From Dictyostelium discoideum (taxonomy: Eukaryota), in assembly GCA_000004695.1 (NCBI GenBank), contig CM000151.3, positions 5,792,001 through 5,856,000 of the forward strand: DNA of 64,000 nucleotides, written 5' to 3'. The position numbers were made by a program, and so were the translations under genes. The notes under the pieces are model-generated. The model did not search any database and was not told the DNA's origin. It was given only the letters and a program-made list of their open reading frames with translations. Of this stretch, positions 21,652-43,585 are shown one piece after another. The stretch's first letter is position 1. Each line of letters starts with the position of its first letter.

Positions 21652-22129
21652 ATTTATAATATAAAAAAAAAAAATAAAAAATAAAAAAAATAAAAAATAA
21701 AAAAATTAATATAAAATAAACAAAAGAATTATTTAAATTTAACACAACTACCAATTAATAATAATATTATTGTTGGTGAAGTCAATAATAATAATAAATT
21801 TTTTAGTAATAATAATAATAATATTATAGTAATAATAATACCTTATTAAATTTTAATAATAAATATAATTTAATTTCAAATAAAAATTATTTTAAAAATA
21901 ATAATTTTTTAAATAATAGAAATTATGGTAAAACAACACCATTCGGAAATCCATCTTTTTCGGATATAATTAAAGATAGTAATTTTTTATTATTAAAAAA
22001 AGATTATGATGATTATTTCCATTTAATTAAAACAAATATTGGTTTAAAATTATTTTAAAGAATGTTTATATTACAACTGCAATTGCATTCACTGGTACAA
22101 TTTTATCAGGTTTAATATTTTCCCAATTG

Positions 22130-22840
22130 ATGATCGGTAGTCCACAATCGTTGCCAACTGCACTGGGATTGGGAGTTGGTGGATCAATGTTGTCCTTAAT
22201 ACTTTGCAATATGCAACAACCTACATATACAACTTATGACACCATTTGGGATGGTCCATTGGATAATAGTGTAAAGAAACCAATTTTAAAAAGTGTTGAT
22301 AAAAGTGGTAAAAGTGTAATAGAGTTTGAAGAATTCAGTAAATCGGTTATACCAATTACAGTTGCCAATTATTCAACGTTACATAAAATGGCATTCGTTT
22401 CATTTTGTGTATTCAATGGAATTTCACTATCACCCACTTTCGGATTACTACCAGTATCTACATTTTTGGGGGTCGCAGCTTTAAGTGTATTCGTTACTGG
22501 TGGTAGTGTTTTTGCTGCATTAAAGATGAAACCTGATAGTTTAACCAAATATAAACCAATACTCTATGGTAGCTTGTTTGGTCTTTTCGGATTGGGTTTG
22601 GTTTCAATTGGTACTTCAATAATGATGGGTGAGAATACTTTCACCCGTTTCGCTCAAGAGTTTGATCTCTATTTTGGTCTTGCTTTATTCACTGGTTTAA
22701 CTGCTTTAGATACTCACAATGCTGTCAAAACTTTTCAAGAGGGTAAACCAGATTACATTAGAGTTTCAATTGATCTATTTTTAGATATTTTAAATATTTT
22801 TGTTAGACTTTTAAGAGCTAGAAGTAATAGCAATAAGTAA
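22130..22840 (+). CDS. Bax inhibitor-1 / TMBIM-family multi-pass membrane protein (first ATG 22130; probable additional 5' exon)
   Basis: C-terminal motif DTHNAVKTFQEGKPDYIRVSIDLFLDILNIFVRLLRA matches the BI-1 signature (DTQ…GDxDYI…LyLDfiNiF…L). Six to seven hydrophobic helices are predicted. The ORF track's 22127 start is a TTG; the first ATG is at 22130. The in-frame sequence upstream (NVYITTAIAFTGTILSGLIFSQL, from 22061) looks like the conserved first TM (HLKKVY…). Confidence 0.6.
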   Translation: MIGSPQSLPTALGLGVGGSMLSLILCNMQQPTYTTYDTIWDGPLDNSVKKPILKSVDKSGKSVIEFEEFSKSVIPITVANYSTLHKMAFVSFCVFNGISLSPTFGLLPVSTFLGVAALSVFVTGGSVFAALKMKPDSLTKYKPILYGSLFGLFGLGLVSIGTSIMMGENTFTRFAQEFDLYFGLALFTGLTALDTHNAVKTFQEGKPDYIRVSIDLFLDILNIFVRLLRARSNSNK

Positions 22841-22841
22841 A

Positions 22842-22898
<57 letters not shown>

Positions 22899-23543
22899 GT
22901 GGATAAAAAAAAAAAAAAAAAAAAAAGAAATAAAAAATATGGTATTAAAATTTGTAAATAAATAAATAAAGTTGTTATTAAATTTAATCAAATAACAAAT
23001 TTTATGGAAGAAGATATTTTCCAATTTTTTAGAAAACAAACAAAAAAAAAAAAAATAAAAAAAAAAAAAATATTATTTGAAAATCTGGCAAACGATCGAA
23101 TGTCAAAAATTGTTGGATATTATTTTATAAAAATCTGAAACCTATTTTAAAAATTTTTTATCTTGGTTTAATTTAAATAATGTTTTGAATTGGTTTTATT
23201 AAAAAAAAAATTATTTTTTATTTTCAAAAGTTATATATAATTTTTTTTTTTTTGTTTTAAAATGATTATTTTAAAAAGTTTTGTTTTTTTTTATTTTTTT
23301 ATTTTTTTATAAATATTAAAATTTAAAGAAATTATCATGTGATTATTTTAAAATTCAATCAAAATAAAAGATATTATTTTTTAAAAATATCTTTTTCGCC
23401 AAAAAAAAAAAAAAAACCGTCGTTTGTGTAAAAAATTGAAAACGGACCTTATTTTTTTTAAAAAAAAAAAAAAAAAAAAAAAGCATTTAATACATTTCGA
23501 TAAAATTCAAAATCAAAAAAAAAAGTTACCTTTTTAACAAAAA

Positions 23544-26897
<3,354 letters not shown>

Positions 26898-27252
26898 AAG
26901 AGATTATTTTAAATCAATTCTGTTGTATTATTATTGTTTTTTACTTCCAAAAAAAAAAAAAAAAAAAAAAAATTTGATCAAAATGATTATAATAAAAACC
27001 GCAGGGGTTATTTTTAAAAATAATTTGAAACAATTCAGTGATTTCATTTTATTATTATTTTTTTTTTTTTCTTATTTTTTTTTTGTTGGTTTTTTTTTTT
27101 TTAATAATTTTGTAAAATAAAAATAACTCTTAAAAATTACATGTTCTATTATTATTTTAAAATTTGTAAATAAATAAATAAATAAATAAAAAAAAAAAAA
27201 AAAAATAAATAAATAAATAAAAATAAATAAATAAAAAAAATTATACAATAAC

Positions 27253-27398
<146 letters not shown>

Positions 27399-27465
27399 TG
27401 TTATTAAAAGAAGTAATCACATCTTTAAAAATGATTTCCATTCTATTAATAAAGAAATTGATTCA

Positions 27466-27678
27466 ATGAAAGAAAATAATGAAAAAAAAGAGGATAAAAT
27501 TTTTCAAGAAATTAAAAAATTAAAATTAGAAATGGAATTATTAAGAAAGGATAATTTATCATTTAAAACAACAATACAATCTCTATCAGATTCTATAAAT
27601 AGTTTGTCAAGTGTTGAATCAAAATATGATTCTGACATTTATTACAATGACGATGAATATTCAACTATCTACTTGTAA
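27466..27678 (+). CDS. small ORF (70 aa, coiled-coil-like); doubtful gene
   Basis: ATG ORF MKENNEKKEDKIFQEIKKLKLEMELLRKDNLSFKTTIQSLSDSINSL… No homolog recognised; may be an exon or spurious. Confidence 0.2.
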   Translation: MKENNEKKEDKIFQEIKKLKLEMELLRKDNLSFKTTIQSLSDSINSLSSVESKYDSDIYYNDDEYSTIYL

Positions 27679-27989
27679 AAATAAAAATAAAATTGTATAA
27701 ATAAAAATAAAAATATAATTGTATAAATAAATAATGTAAATAAAAATAAAAAAATAAAAAATTTAAACTTTAAATGAAAACTTTAACTTTATTTTATTTA
27801 ATTTTTTGTCTCTAATTTTCTAATCTTGGATACCTTTATTTAAATTATAAAAATTATAAACTATTTAAATTTTGAGAAATTAAAAAAAAAAAAAAAAAGG
27901 GTTAAAATTTTAAGTTACCTTAATTAAATGAAAATAATAAAAAAACATTAATAATGATAGAGATTAATTTTTATTGAAAAATATAATAT

Positions 27990-29284
27990 TGAATTATTAT
28001 TTAGTTGGAAGTTGTTGAAATTTTTTTGAGGAGGTAGACTATTAGGGTATGTTAATAAATCATTAAATCCCATATGTGTAATTTATTTTGTAACATACAC
28101 TGCACAATATTATTGAGCATCATTGCAATAATATTCAAAAAAAAGGTTATCCAACGGTAACGGCCTGAGGGTATTCGATAAATATTTCTATTCTTGATGT
28201 CCATAGAATTTCTATAAAGTAAATATACAACAGGAGTTATATGAACTATAAGAGTATATGCAGAAAAAAACCTGGAGCATCATTTTTTCACATTTAAAAT
28301 TGGATTGACCAATGAATCTTTACCATATGAATATACACCCACAATATTTGTGGAACCCTGTCTTTAAGAATTGAGGAATTTCTTTTTAAAATGTTTTAAA
28401 TCGATTTCTGAAATATAGTTGGTAATTTCTTTATCATTTCTCTTTCTAATTCTCTTAAAAAAATTAATAAACTTATAAATATTAATAAAAAGAGATGTTT
28501 AATCTGGGAATATGCTTTCATTTCCCCGAATTCAGATCCTGGTTGATCAACCTTACTAAAAGAAGATACAACAATACTATCAAGTGAAATTCCTGGATCT
28601 TGACTATTTCTTTACGTTGGGCAGTACCTAAAGCTCAACTCGAAATTGAAAGACGATACCAAGGGAACCACTAGAGCAGAGTACTTGGGTAAATTTGGTT
28701 AATTGAACGGTTTCTGTAGCTGTGTTCATTTTATACGAAAAAGAGAAAAAGGGTTTGTAAGATTTAGAATTATAATTGAAATCCAAAGAGAAAAAACTTC
28801 TTTTTGCTGAAATAGTCAGTGGGCATGTTACAATTTTGATAAATTGTCACAGATGGAAACTCTAAGTTTTAATGAAATGTTGTATTACACACTTAACAGT
28901 CATTTCTTTTTTCTCCTTGACTTCGAACCTGTGATCTTATTTTTTTTAAAGACGAAAAGGACAGACCCCTCAGGGAGTTGAACCCTGGACCAACTGCTAA
29001 CTTCTAACGTTTTGGAGACAATTACAATAAACCACTATGCTAAGGAGTCTTTGAAAAATAACGGAATGAAACACTTTGCTAAGCAGCCATTTTATACACA
29101 AGCGGTTATAAAAACATTAAGAATCAAATCAAAGCAACGGCCAGAAGAACAAAATAAATTAGACTCACTAATCTCGCTAAAGCTATTACAATTTAGCAGA
29201 CAATGGAACTCACCTCTTCACGCAATAGAACTTCCTAAACATCTCAAAAAATACAATAATTCACTCAGTACTTTCTATAAATAA

Positions 29285-29358
<74 letters not shown>

Positions 29359-29797
29359 GGAACCAAGTTAATCAGAAAATTTCCAGATTTTTAACTTTTT
29401 AAAGTAAAATAAAAAAATAGAAAGAAAAAAAGATGAAAATTACAAACAACACCACAAATATTAAGCAACACAAATGCCTACAAAAAATAAGTGAAATTGT
29501 GGATAAAACTCAAACAAAAAAAAAACAATTCAAATATGTCATCAACATCAATCATTAAGCTGATGATAAAATAAAAAAAGATTTGGAAAAAAATTTGGAC
29601 AAAAAAGATGTTTTAATCAAAAGTAATAATACAATTCAAAATTCCAAACAAAAAAAAAAAAAAAAAAAAGTAAACTACACAACCCCTCTTTTAGAGACCC
29701 TGTAAAAAAAAAAAACTAAAAATAAAATGAGATTTAGCATCTCAAGCAGAAGCAACTAATAATTGCCTTATCCAATTCAAAAAAAAAAGAGCCATTT

Positions 29798-29841
<44 letters not shown>

Positions 29842-30340
29842 ATACAACCTTAAAAGGCACCTGTAATATTTAATAATAAAATGAGATATCTCAAGAATAA
29901 GCAACTAAAAATTGCGTTATTCCATTCTAAAAAAAACGGAGCCATTTTTTGGAGAAAATTACAAGAAACCACTATGCTAAGTTGTCATCGAAAAATAAGT
30001 GGGTGAAACACTATGCTAAGGAGTCATCGAAAAACCAAATGGGTGAATTTCAAGTGAAAAATGAGATCGAAAAAAACAACCAACAACAATCCTTTTTTTG
30101 ATTTTTTCATTTTTCATATAGAAAGACTTAAAAAAAAACCTGGAATCAAGTTAAAAATCTGGTAATTTTCTGATTAACTTTTTAAAGTAAAATAAAAAAA
30201 ATTAAAAAAAAATAAAATGAAAATTACAAACAACACCAAATATTAAGCAATACAAATGCATACAAAAAATAAGCGCAATTGTGGACAAAACACAAATAAA
30301 AAAACAATTCAAATATGTCATCAACCTGATGTTTTATAAC
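27990..30340. mobile_element. ORF-free cluster of degenerate, partially repeated units with poly(A) boundaries; most likely decayed retroelement fragments (TRE-like non-LTR 3' ends in tandem). Family not determined
   Basis: Composition shifts from the ~85% AT flank to ~60-65% AT. Three unit boundaries each consist of an oligo(A) run followed by the same head motif: cctggagcat (28271), cctgggaacc (29355), cctggaatca (30139). A 69-nt poly(A) lies at 29285..29353. An internal ~200-bp segment is duplicated (29354..29570 and 30139..30340), and ~80-bp segments are duplicated (29010..29090 vs 29945..30025; 29700..29800 vs 29860..29950). No ORF exceeds 90 codons on either strand. Confidence 0.4.
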
Positions 30341-30784
30341 AATCAAAGCCTGTTAAATTAAAAAAAACTATAAATAAAATGAGAACAAGTTACAATTCAT
30401 TTTATAACTAAAATACAACTAAAATACAACTTAAATACAAATAAAATGCAAACTACATAAAAAAAAAAAATCCAGCCAAAAACTTTGATTCTAAGGTTTC
30501 GTAACCATTTTTTGAATATATGCCTCTTCCAATTGTCAATAATTTAATAAAATTTTAGAAAAAAAAAAAAAATATTTTTTTATTATATACACCACTGAGA
30601 TTGGTCAAATTTATTTACTATTTATATTATATTTATTTATTAAAATTATTTATACATTAAAAATTAAATAACAATTTTGTTATCTTTTTTTTCTTTTTTC
30701 TTTTTTTTCTTTTTTCTTTTTTTTTTTTTTGATATATACCACCAACACTAGACATCTATTTAATTGATTTAATGTTTTTGTTTT

Positions 30785-30834
<50 letters not shown>

Positions 30835-30885
30835 TATAAAGATTATATTTTGATTTGTTTTGTTTTTTTTTTTTTTTTTTTCCCT

Positions 30886-31974
30886 CTAAATTTTTAATAA
30901 ATTTGGTAAATTACCATATTTATCCAATTTTTTACCCCAATTTTCCAATATTTTAGCGACAGTTCCTTTACCCAATTGATCGAAAGGAGGAACGATGAAA
31001 AGTTTAAGGATTTCAGTGATATTATCCATGATTGAAAGTTCTCTATCATTCTGATCTCCACGATGACCTCTTCCAGGTTTGTTTTTGGCACGAAGATGAC
31101 CCATAAAAAGGAAAGCAGTTTTTGGGTCAACCATTTTCAAGAGACCACTAATTAACAAATGAAGACAAGGAGTACCATCAATGAGTACTCTTTGACCTTG
31201 TTCATTACGTTTACATCTTCTAGAGTTTTCCATAGCATAGACTGGTATATGTTTTGGAGGATAATCATCTTGAGGCAATTGAGCCAAAATTCCAGCGAAA
31301 AATTTTCTAAATTGTAAAGCTCTTGCTTCATAATGTTTTTTCCAAGGACCGACGTCATCCTCCTCATCGAAACCATCATAGCAAGAATCTGGCAAGACAC
31401 TATTGGCATAAGTTAAAACCACGGCAGCATTTCTCCAAAGTTGTGGACCCAATTTCTCGGTGAATTGATTGATCACCAATTGATGAGCACCATCGAATCT
31501 TGTCTCTGTGAATTTCTCAACAAACAATACACAATGAATGGTTTTACCCGAGAGATATCTTTGAATTTTGATCATATTATTTGAATCGACCAACTCACCT
31601 TGTGAATCTAAAAAACCTGGTGTATCAATGATATTCAATTTGAATCCATTCACAACTCTACTATAGGTGAATGGATCTTGTGTGCATGATTCTGAGGAAT
31701 GTACGGGTATGTCAATGCCAAACACCGTATTCAATGTCGATGATTTACCAACACCAGTTCTACCCAATAATAGAACGTTACATTCATTTTGAACACCTTT
31801 TAATACTGCCAACATCTCTTGAAGCTCTTCAGTTGTCTCTTTTTCAATGGTTGCTCCATCGACACCTGGTTCCTCAAGTATTGATAAAAATGGATCATAA
31901 TCTTCTCCAATCTCTGATACATCCTCTGCTGTCATTGATGCATCTGTTGCTGTTTGTGTTTGTGTATTGGTCAT
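30886..31974 (-). CDS. AIG1/GIMAP-type (Toc34-like) GTPase
   Basis: G1 LLLGRTGVGKSSTLNTVFG, G3 IIDTPGFLDSQG, and the conserved downstream arrangement (…VVLTYAN…) typical of AIG1-family G domains. ATG at 31974 with an in-frame stop 36 nt upstream, so the gene appears single-exon. The antisense and overlapping ORFs at 31152..32221 are artefacts. Confidence 0.65.
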   Translation of the reverse strand: MTNTQTQTATDASMTAEDVSEIGEDYDPFLSILEEPGVDGATIEKETTEELQEMLAVLKGVQNECNVLLLGRTGVGKSSTLNTVFGIDIPVHSSESCTQDPFTYSRVVNGFKLNIIDTPGFLDSQGELVDSNNMIKIQRYLSGKTIHCVLFVEKFTETRFDGAHQLVINQFTEKLGPQLWRNAAVVLTYANSVLPDSCYDGFDEEDDVGPWKKHYEARALQFRKFFAGILAQLPQDDYPPKHIPVYAMENSRRCKRNEQGQRVLIDGTPCLHLLISGLLKMVDPKTAFLFMGHLRAKNKPGRGHRGDQNDRELSIMDNITEILKLFIVPPFDQLGKGTVAKILENWGKKLDKYGNLPNLLKI

Positions 31975-32216
31975 TGATTGTGTTATCTCTGATAATGATG
32001 TTAATGATAAACTATTCTCTGTTTTTGATGAAAGCGATGGTACACTATCATCTTTTAAAAATGATTTCTTTCTTTTATCTTTATCTTTATCTTTTGATGA
32101 TGATGACGATGATGATGATGACGATGATGATGATCCTGATCCTGATACATTTGATATTTTACTTGATTTTGGTGATGCTGATGATGATGATGATGATTTT
32201 GTTGTTTTACTCTTAA

Positions 32217-32258
<42 letters not shown>

Positions 32259-32474
32259 AATAAAAATAGAAATTAAAAATAGAAAATTAAAAATAGAAAT
32301 TAAACTTACTTTATAAGGATTAATATTAAACATTTTTAAACTTTATATATATCTTTCTCAATTATTTACACATAGAATAGTTTTAATTTTCTTTTTATTT
32401 GAACTATTATTTTTTTTTTTTTCTTTTTTTTCTTTTTTCTTTTGTTTAAAATAAATAAATAAATAAATAAATTT

Positions 32475-32507
<33 letters not shown>

Positions 32508-32592
32508 ATTTGATTTAATTTACTGTTCTATATTTAACTTTGGAAAAAGAAAAAAAAAAAAATTAGAAAATTAAAAATAAAAATAAAAAATT

Positions 32593-32626
<34 letters not shown>

Positions 32627-32842
32627 GGATGTTAATGATTGAATTCAAATAAAAAAAAAAAAAAAAAAAATGATTTTTGTGAAATCGGATTTTTATCACA
32701 AATCATGATTACCCATTATTTAGGATTTTATAAAAATAAATAATTTTAATTTATTTACCTTAAAATAAAATTTTTTATTAAAAAAATAAAAAAACTATAT
32801 TAATTAAATTTATATAAACTCTATTATTAATATTATTATTAT

Positions 32843-32873
<31 letters not shown>

Positions 32874-33840
32874 CCTGTGTGTGTGTTATGTAATTTTACA
32901 ATTTTATATTTTTGAATAAGTAAATAAAAATTAAATAAAATAATAGAATAAAAAAAATAAATAAAAAAATAAATAAAAAAAAATAAAAAATAAAAAATAA
33001 AAAAAAAAAGAAAAATATTTAAAAATAAAATAAAAATAAACTTTGATATTTAAAAATAAAGTTGTAATAGCAAAAATATTTTCCAACTATTTTTAATTAA
33101 ATTTTTTTATTGTTTTTTTATTATAATCAAATTGTTTTGTGATATCAATAAAAAAAAATAAAAAATAAAAAATAAAAAATAAAATAAAAATAATAATAAT
33201 AAAAAAAAAAAAATATTGATGAAGAGGACAATTAACTTATACAAAACATTTTTTTTTTCTCTATTTTTTTTTTTTTTTTTTTGTTTTTTGTTTTTTTTTT
33301 TTTTTTTTTGTTCTCTCTAATATTACACTTTATTAAAAAATTGTTTCTCCTAATTTTATAACCCACGCACACCATTAAATTTAGCACATATCACACACTA
33401 TATCACCCTCAAAAAAAAAAAAAGTTTTTTTATTCAAACACACACACACAAAACACACACCAAATTTTCGAAAACATATATAATTCATGATTTTAATTTA
33501 ATTTAATTAAATTTTTTAAGATATATTATTGCAATTAGTTTCAGTTTGTGTATGTAGCTATATGTGTACATGTATTTTTTTGAATTGGGTGAGTGAGTGA
33601 GGGTGTTTGTTTGTTTGTTTGTTTTTAATATCTTTATTCTAAACGTTATTTTTAATGAGTTTATTTAAAAACATAATGGATATATTATTAAAATCACAAA
33701 AATAACTACACACACAACCAACAATAACAACACACACGATGTCAAAATATTAAAAAAAAAAAAAAAAATTGGGAAAAAAAAAAATTCCTATTATTTGTAT
33801 ACAAAAAACTACTATCATCATTTTATCGTTATCTTTGTTA

Positions 33841-33878
<38 letters not shown>

Positions 33879-34781
33879 TATATTTATGATTTTTTAAAAA
33901 AAAAACCTAAATATCACACGCATATTTAGTTAACTGATATATCATAATAAAAGATCTATGATTGATATTGGATTGGATTGGATTGGATTTATGAATATTA
34001 AAAAAAAAAAAAAAAAAGTGGAAAAAAAAAAAAAAAAAAAGATGGAAAAAATAAATAAATAATAAATCAAAATGTATTGATATGGGGATTGGTGGTTTTT
34101 TTTTATTATTTTATTTTTATTTTATTTTTATTTTATTTTAAATAAAAAAAAGTTTGATGATAGTAGAAAAGGTTATTGTTTAATACCAAAACAAAAACAA
34201 AACATCAAAATGGAGTTTAATTGGTTAAAAGTTTTAAAAAAGAAAAAAAAATTATATATATAAATAGTTATATATATATATATAAAAAAATAAAAAAATA
34301 AAAAAAAATCTAATTGATCTAATTAAAAAAAAAAAGGTGGAATTATGATGTAGAGTCTTTCTTCCCTCATTTCCCAAATTATTATTACTTTTTTTTTTTT
34401 TTTTTTTTTTTTTTAATACTGCAAACTTTAAAGTTTGTTTGTCTGTCATTTGGTGAAAGTTTTAATGAAATTTGAAGATTGCCAATAATTTTTATAATGT
34501 ACCATTTTATACATTTTTTAAAAAACTAGGGTTCAATGGTATTGGAATGATTGTATTTGTAGTTTTTAAATGTGATTGTGATTATAGAAAAAAAAAAAAA
34601 AGATAAAAATAAAAAATAAAAAAAAAAAAAAAAAAAAAAAAAAGTTACTTTTGGGAAAAAGTTCTTCTTTTAATCAAATTATTAATTCTTTTTACACAAT
34701 TTACCACTACTTTTATTATTTGTAGGTTCGAATTATGGTTTATGTTTTTTTTTTTTTTTATTTATTTTATTTTCTTTTTTT

Positions 34782-34818
<37 letters not shown>

Positions 34819-34974
34819 TTTTCTTTATAATAAAAAAAAAAAAAAGCATCAACTTGAGCAGATAAAAATAAATTATTATTGAAAAAAAAATAAAAAAATA
34901 AAAAATTAAAAAAAAAGAATCAAGTGATTTTTTTTTTTTTAGATTTTTTGATTTAATTTTTACAAAACATGAAC

Positions 34975-35013
<39 letters not shown>

Positions 35014-35819
35014 AATAATATCTTCTTACCTGTTGTATTATTTTTAATTCAAATAATTTTTGTTTTGTTTTTTGTGATTATTATTATTTTGGTAAAGAGA
35101 TAATACAATATGCGTTTTTCTGTAAACTATAAATAAAAACGGTTTTGTTTAGTTTGAAAAAAAAAAATAAAATAAAAAATAAAAATAAAAAATAAAAACA
35201 ATCAAAAAAAAAAAAAAAAAAAAAATTATTTTTGTTTATTTTTTTTTTTTTTTTTTTCTTTGCGACAGAAAGCTTTAATCTGCACCGTGATAAACTGTTT
35301 TTTTTTTTTTTTTTGAAAATTTTTCAAAGTTTTAGTATTAAATATTTTTTTTTACACCAAAGATATCATAGTGACAATGGTTTTGAGAAAATAAAAATTA
35401 AAATGAGATCTGAAATCGAGCATTCAATTATTATAATTTTTTTTTTTTTTCTTTTTTTTTTTCAATAACAGGGAAAAAATAAAAATAAATATCTTCCCGC
35501 TTAAGGAGTTTATTTTTTATTTTTTAATTTATTTTTTAATTTATTTTTTCCCTTCACGCCATCCTACCAAACTCAGGCGTATAGCATTAGTTTTTTTAAT
35601 TTTTTTTTTATTATTTTTTTTTTTCCACACTTTTGACATTTTATTTTTTTTTGTTTAATTTTTTTTTTTTTCCTTAATGTTTTTTTTTTTTTTTTTTTTT
35701 TGATTTGTTTTGGAATGGATTTTTTTTTACCGAAACTTCTTTTTAAAGATAAAAATTGAAAATAACTTTTGATTAATTAAAATTAAATAATTGCAATAAA
35801 TTTGGGTAATAAAAAAAAG

Positions 35820-35820
<1 letters not shown>

Positions 35821-35904
<84 letters not shown>

Positions 35905-35940
35905 TTATTATTATTATTTTTATTATTTTTATTATTATAA
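35821..35940. repeat. (ATT)n microsatellite
   Basis: Roughly 35 ATT repeats with a few T insertions. Confidence 0.9.
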
Positions 35941-35986
35941 TATTATTATTTAATTTTTTATTATTATTTAGTTTTTTATTAGGCGC

Positions 35987-36018
<32 letters not shown>

Positions 36019-36168
36019 AAAAAGTTCTGAAAAATCATCGGCGACATTGTTTTTGTTAGTATTGCAAATCATCGAAAACTCCCTTTTTAAATGAAAAAAA
36101 AAAAAAGGTTTTAAAATATGAAAAGTATATACCTTAAAGTCTAATTAAATATGAGAACATTAATAATA

Positions 36169-36204
<36 letters not shown>

Positions 36205-36214
36205 GTTTTTTTTA

Positions 36215-36253
<39 letters not shown>

Positions 36254-36730
36254 AAAAATAAAACAAAAAATTTTTTTTTTTTCAACCACAAAATTTTTTT
36301 TTTTTTTCAATTTTTTTTTTTTTTTTTTTTTTAATAATCATATATTAAAATTCAATCCACCTATTTTAACAAAGAAAGATTAATATCTGCGATTGTGTGT
36401 GCGTGCGTCACAGTAACCAAATTAACGATAATATATAGCTACGACACACCACATCATTTTATATGTGTGCGTGTGTGTGTTTTCCTATATAATAATAATA
36501 TATGCAAATATTCAATATTTTAAAAAAATAAAATAAAAAATAAAAAAAAAAAAAAAACAATTTAATTAACATATATACACACTCCCATTTCATTATAAAA
36601 AAAAAAAAAAAAAAAAAAAATTTTTAAAATTTAAAATTAAAAAATTTAACGGAATTAAACACATAAAGTAATAACAATAAATAATATAATATATAACGAT
36701 ATTAAAGGTATATTTAACGATTTAAGAAAG

Positions 36731-36772
<42 letters not shown>

Positions 36773-36809
36773 ATTAAAATTAAAACAATAATAAAGAAAT
36801 AGATAAAGA

Positions 36810-43178
<6,369 letters not shown>

Positions 43179-43585
43179 AAAAAAAAAAAAACAATAATAT
43201 ATAAAAAACATTGATAGTGATGATTTAATTAAAAAAAAAAAAAAAAAACAAAACAAAACCATTTTATTTTATTTTTTCTTTTATTTATTTTTATTTTCTA
43301 TTTTAAAATATAATTATTTAAAAGTGGAATAGAAAAAATAAATAAAAAAGGAAAAGTTAATAAAAATATATAAACAAAACCATAAAGATTATATTAACCA
43401 TTATCTTAAATTACCATCAAATAGATATTTATTTTTTTATTTTTTTTTTTTTTTATTTTTTCATTTTATTTTTGTTTTTTTGTCCAAAAAAATTAAAACG
43501 ATCAAATTTGATTTTTTTTTTTTTATTTTTCATTTTTTTTTTTTTATTTTTCATTTTTTTTTTTTTTTTTTTTTTTTTTAATAAA

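Noticed and set aside
22127-22129. Start codons given by the ORF track at TTG/GTG (e.g. 22127, 48205, 24745, 55527)
   Set aside because: The track evidently uses a bacterial-style start set. In a eukaryotic nuclear genome only ATG was accepted, so starts were moved to the first ATG or explained by splicing.
28915-28995. tRNA-like B-box motifs (GGTTCGAAG, GGGTTCAACTCCC) on the minus strand inside the repeat cluster
   Set aside because: No matching A box, acceptor stem or anticodon arm can be built. They are probably tRNA-derived remnants within the degenerate element, not a functional tRNA gene.
29285-29353. 69-nt poly(A) as proof of a retroelement tail
   Set aside because: It is suggestive only. 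Comparable 40-60-nt A/T homopolymers occur in ordinary intergenic DNA elsewhere in this window (e.g. 22841..22900, 29800..29840). The element call rests on the repeated unit structure instead.
31152-32221. Plus-strand ORFs 31671..32216 and 31967..32221 and minus-strand small ORFs overlapping the AIG1 GTPase gene
   Set aside because: They are antisense to, or frame-shifted against, a gene with clear G-domain motifs. The poly-D/poly-H stretches arise from the GAT/ATC repeat.
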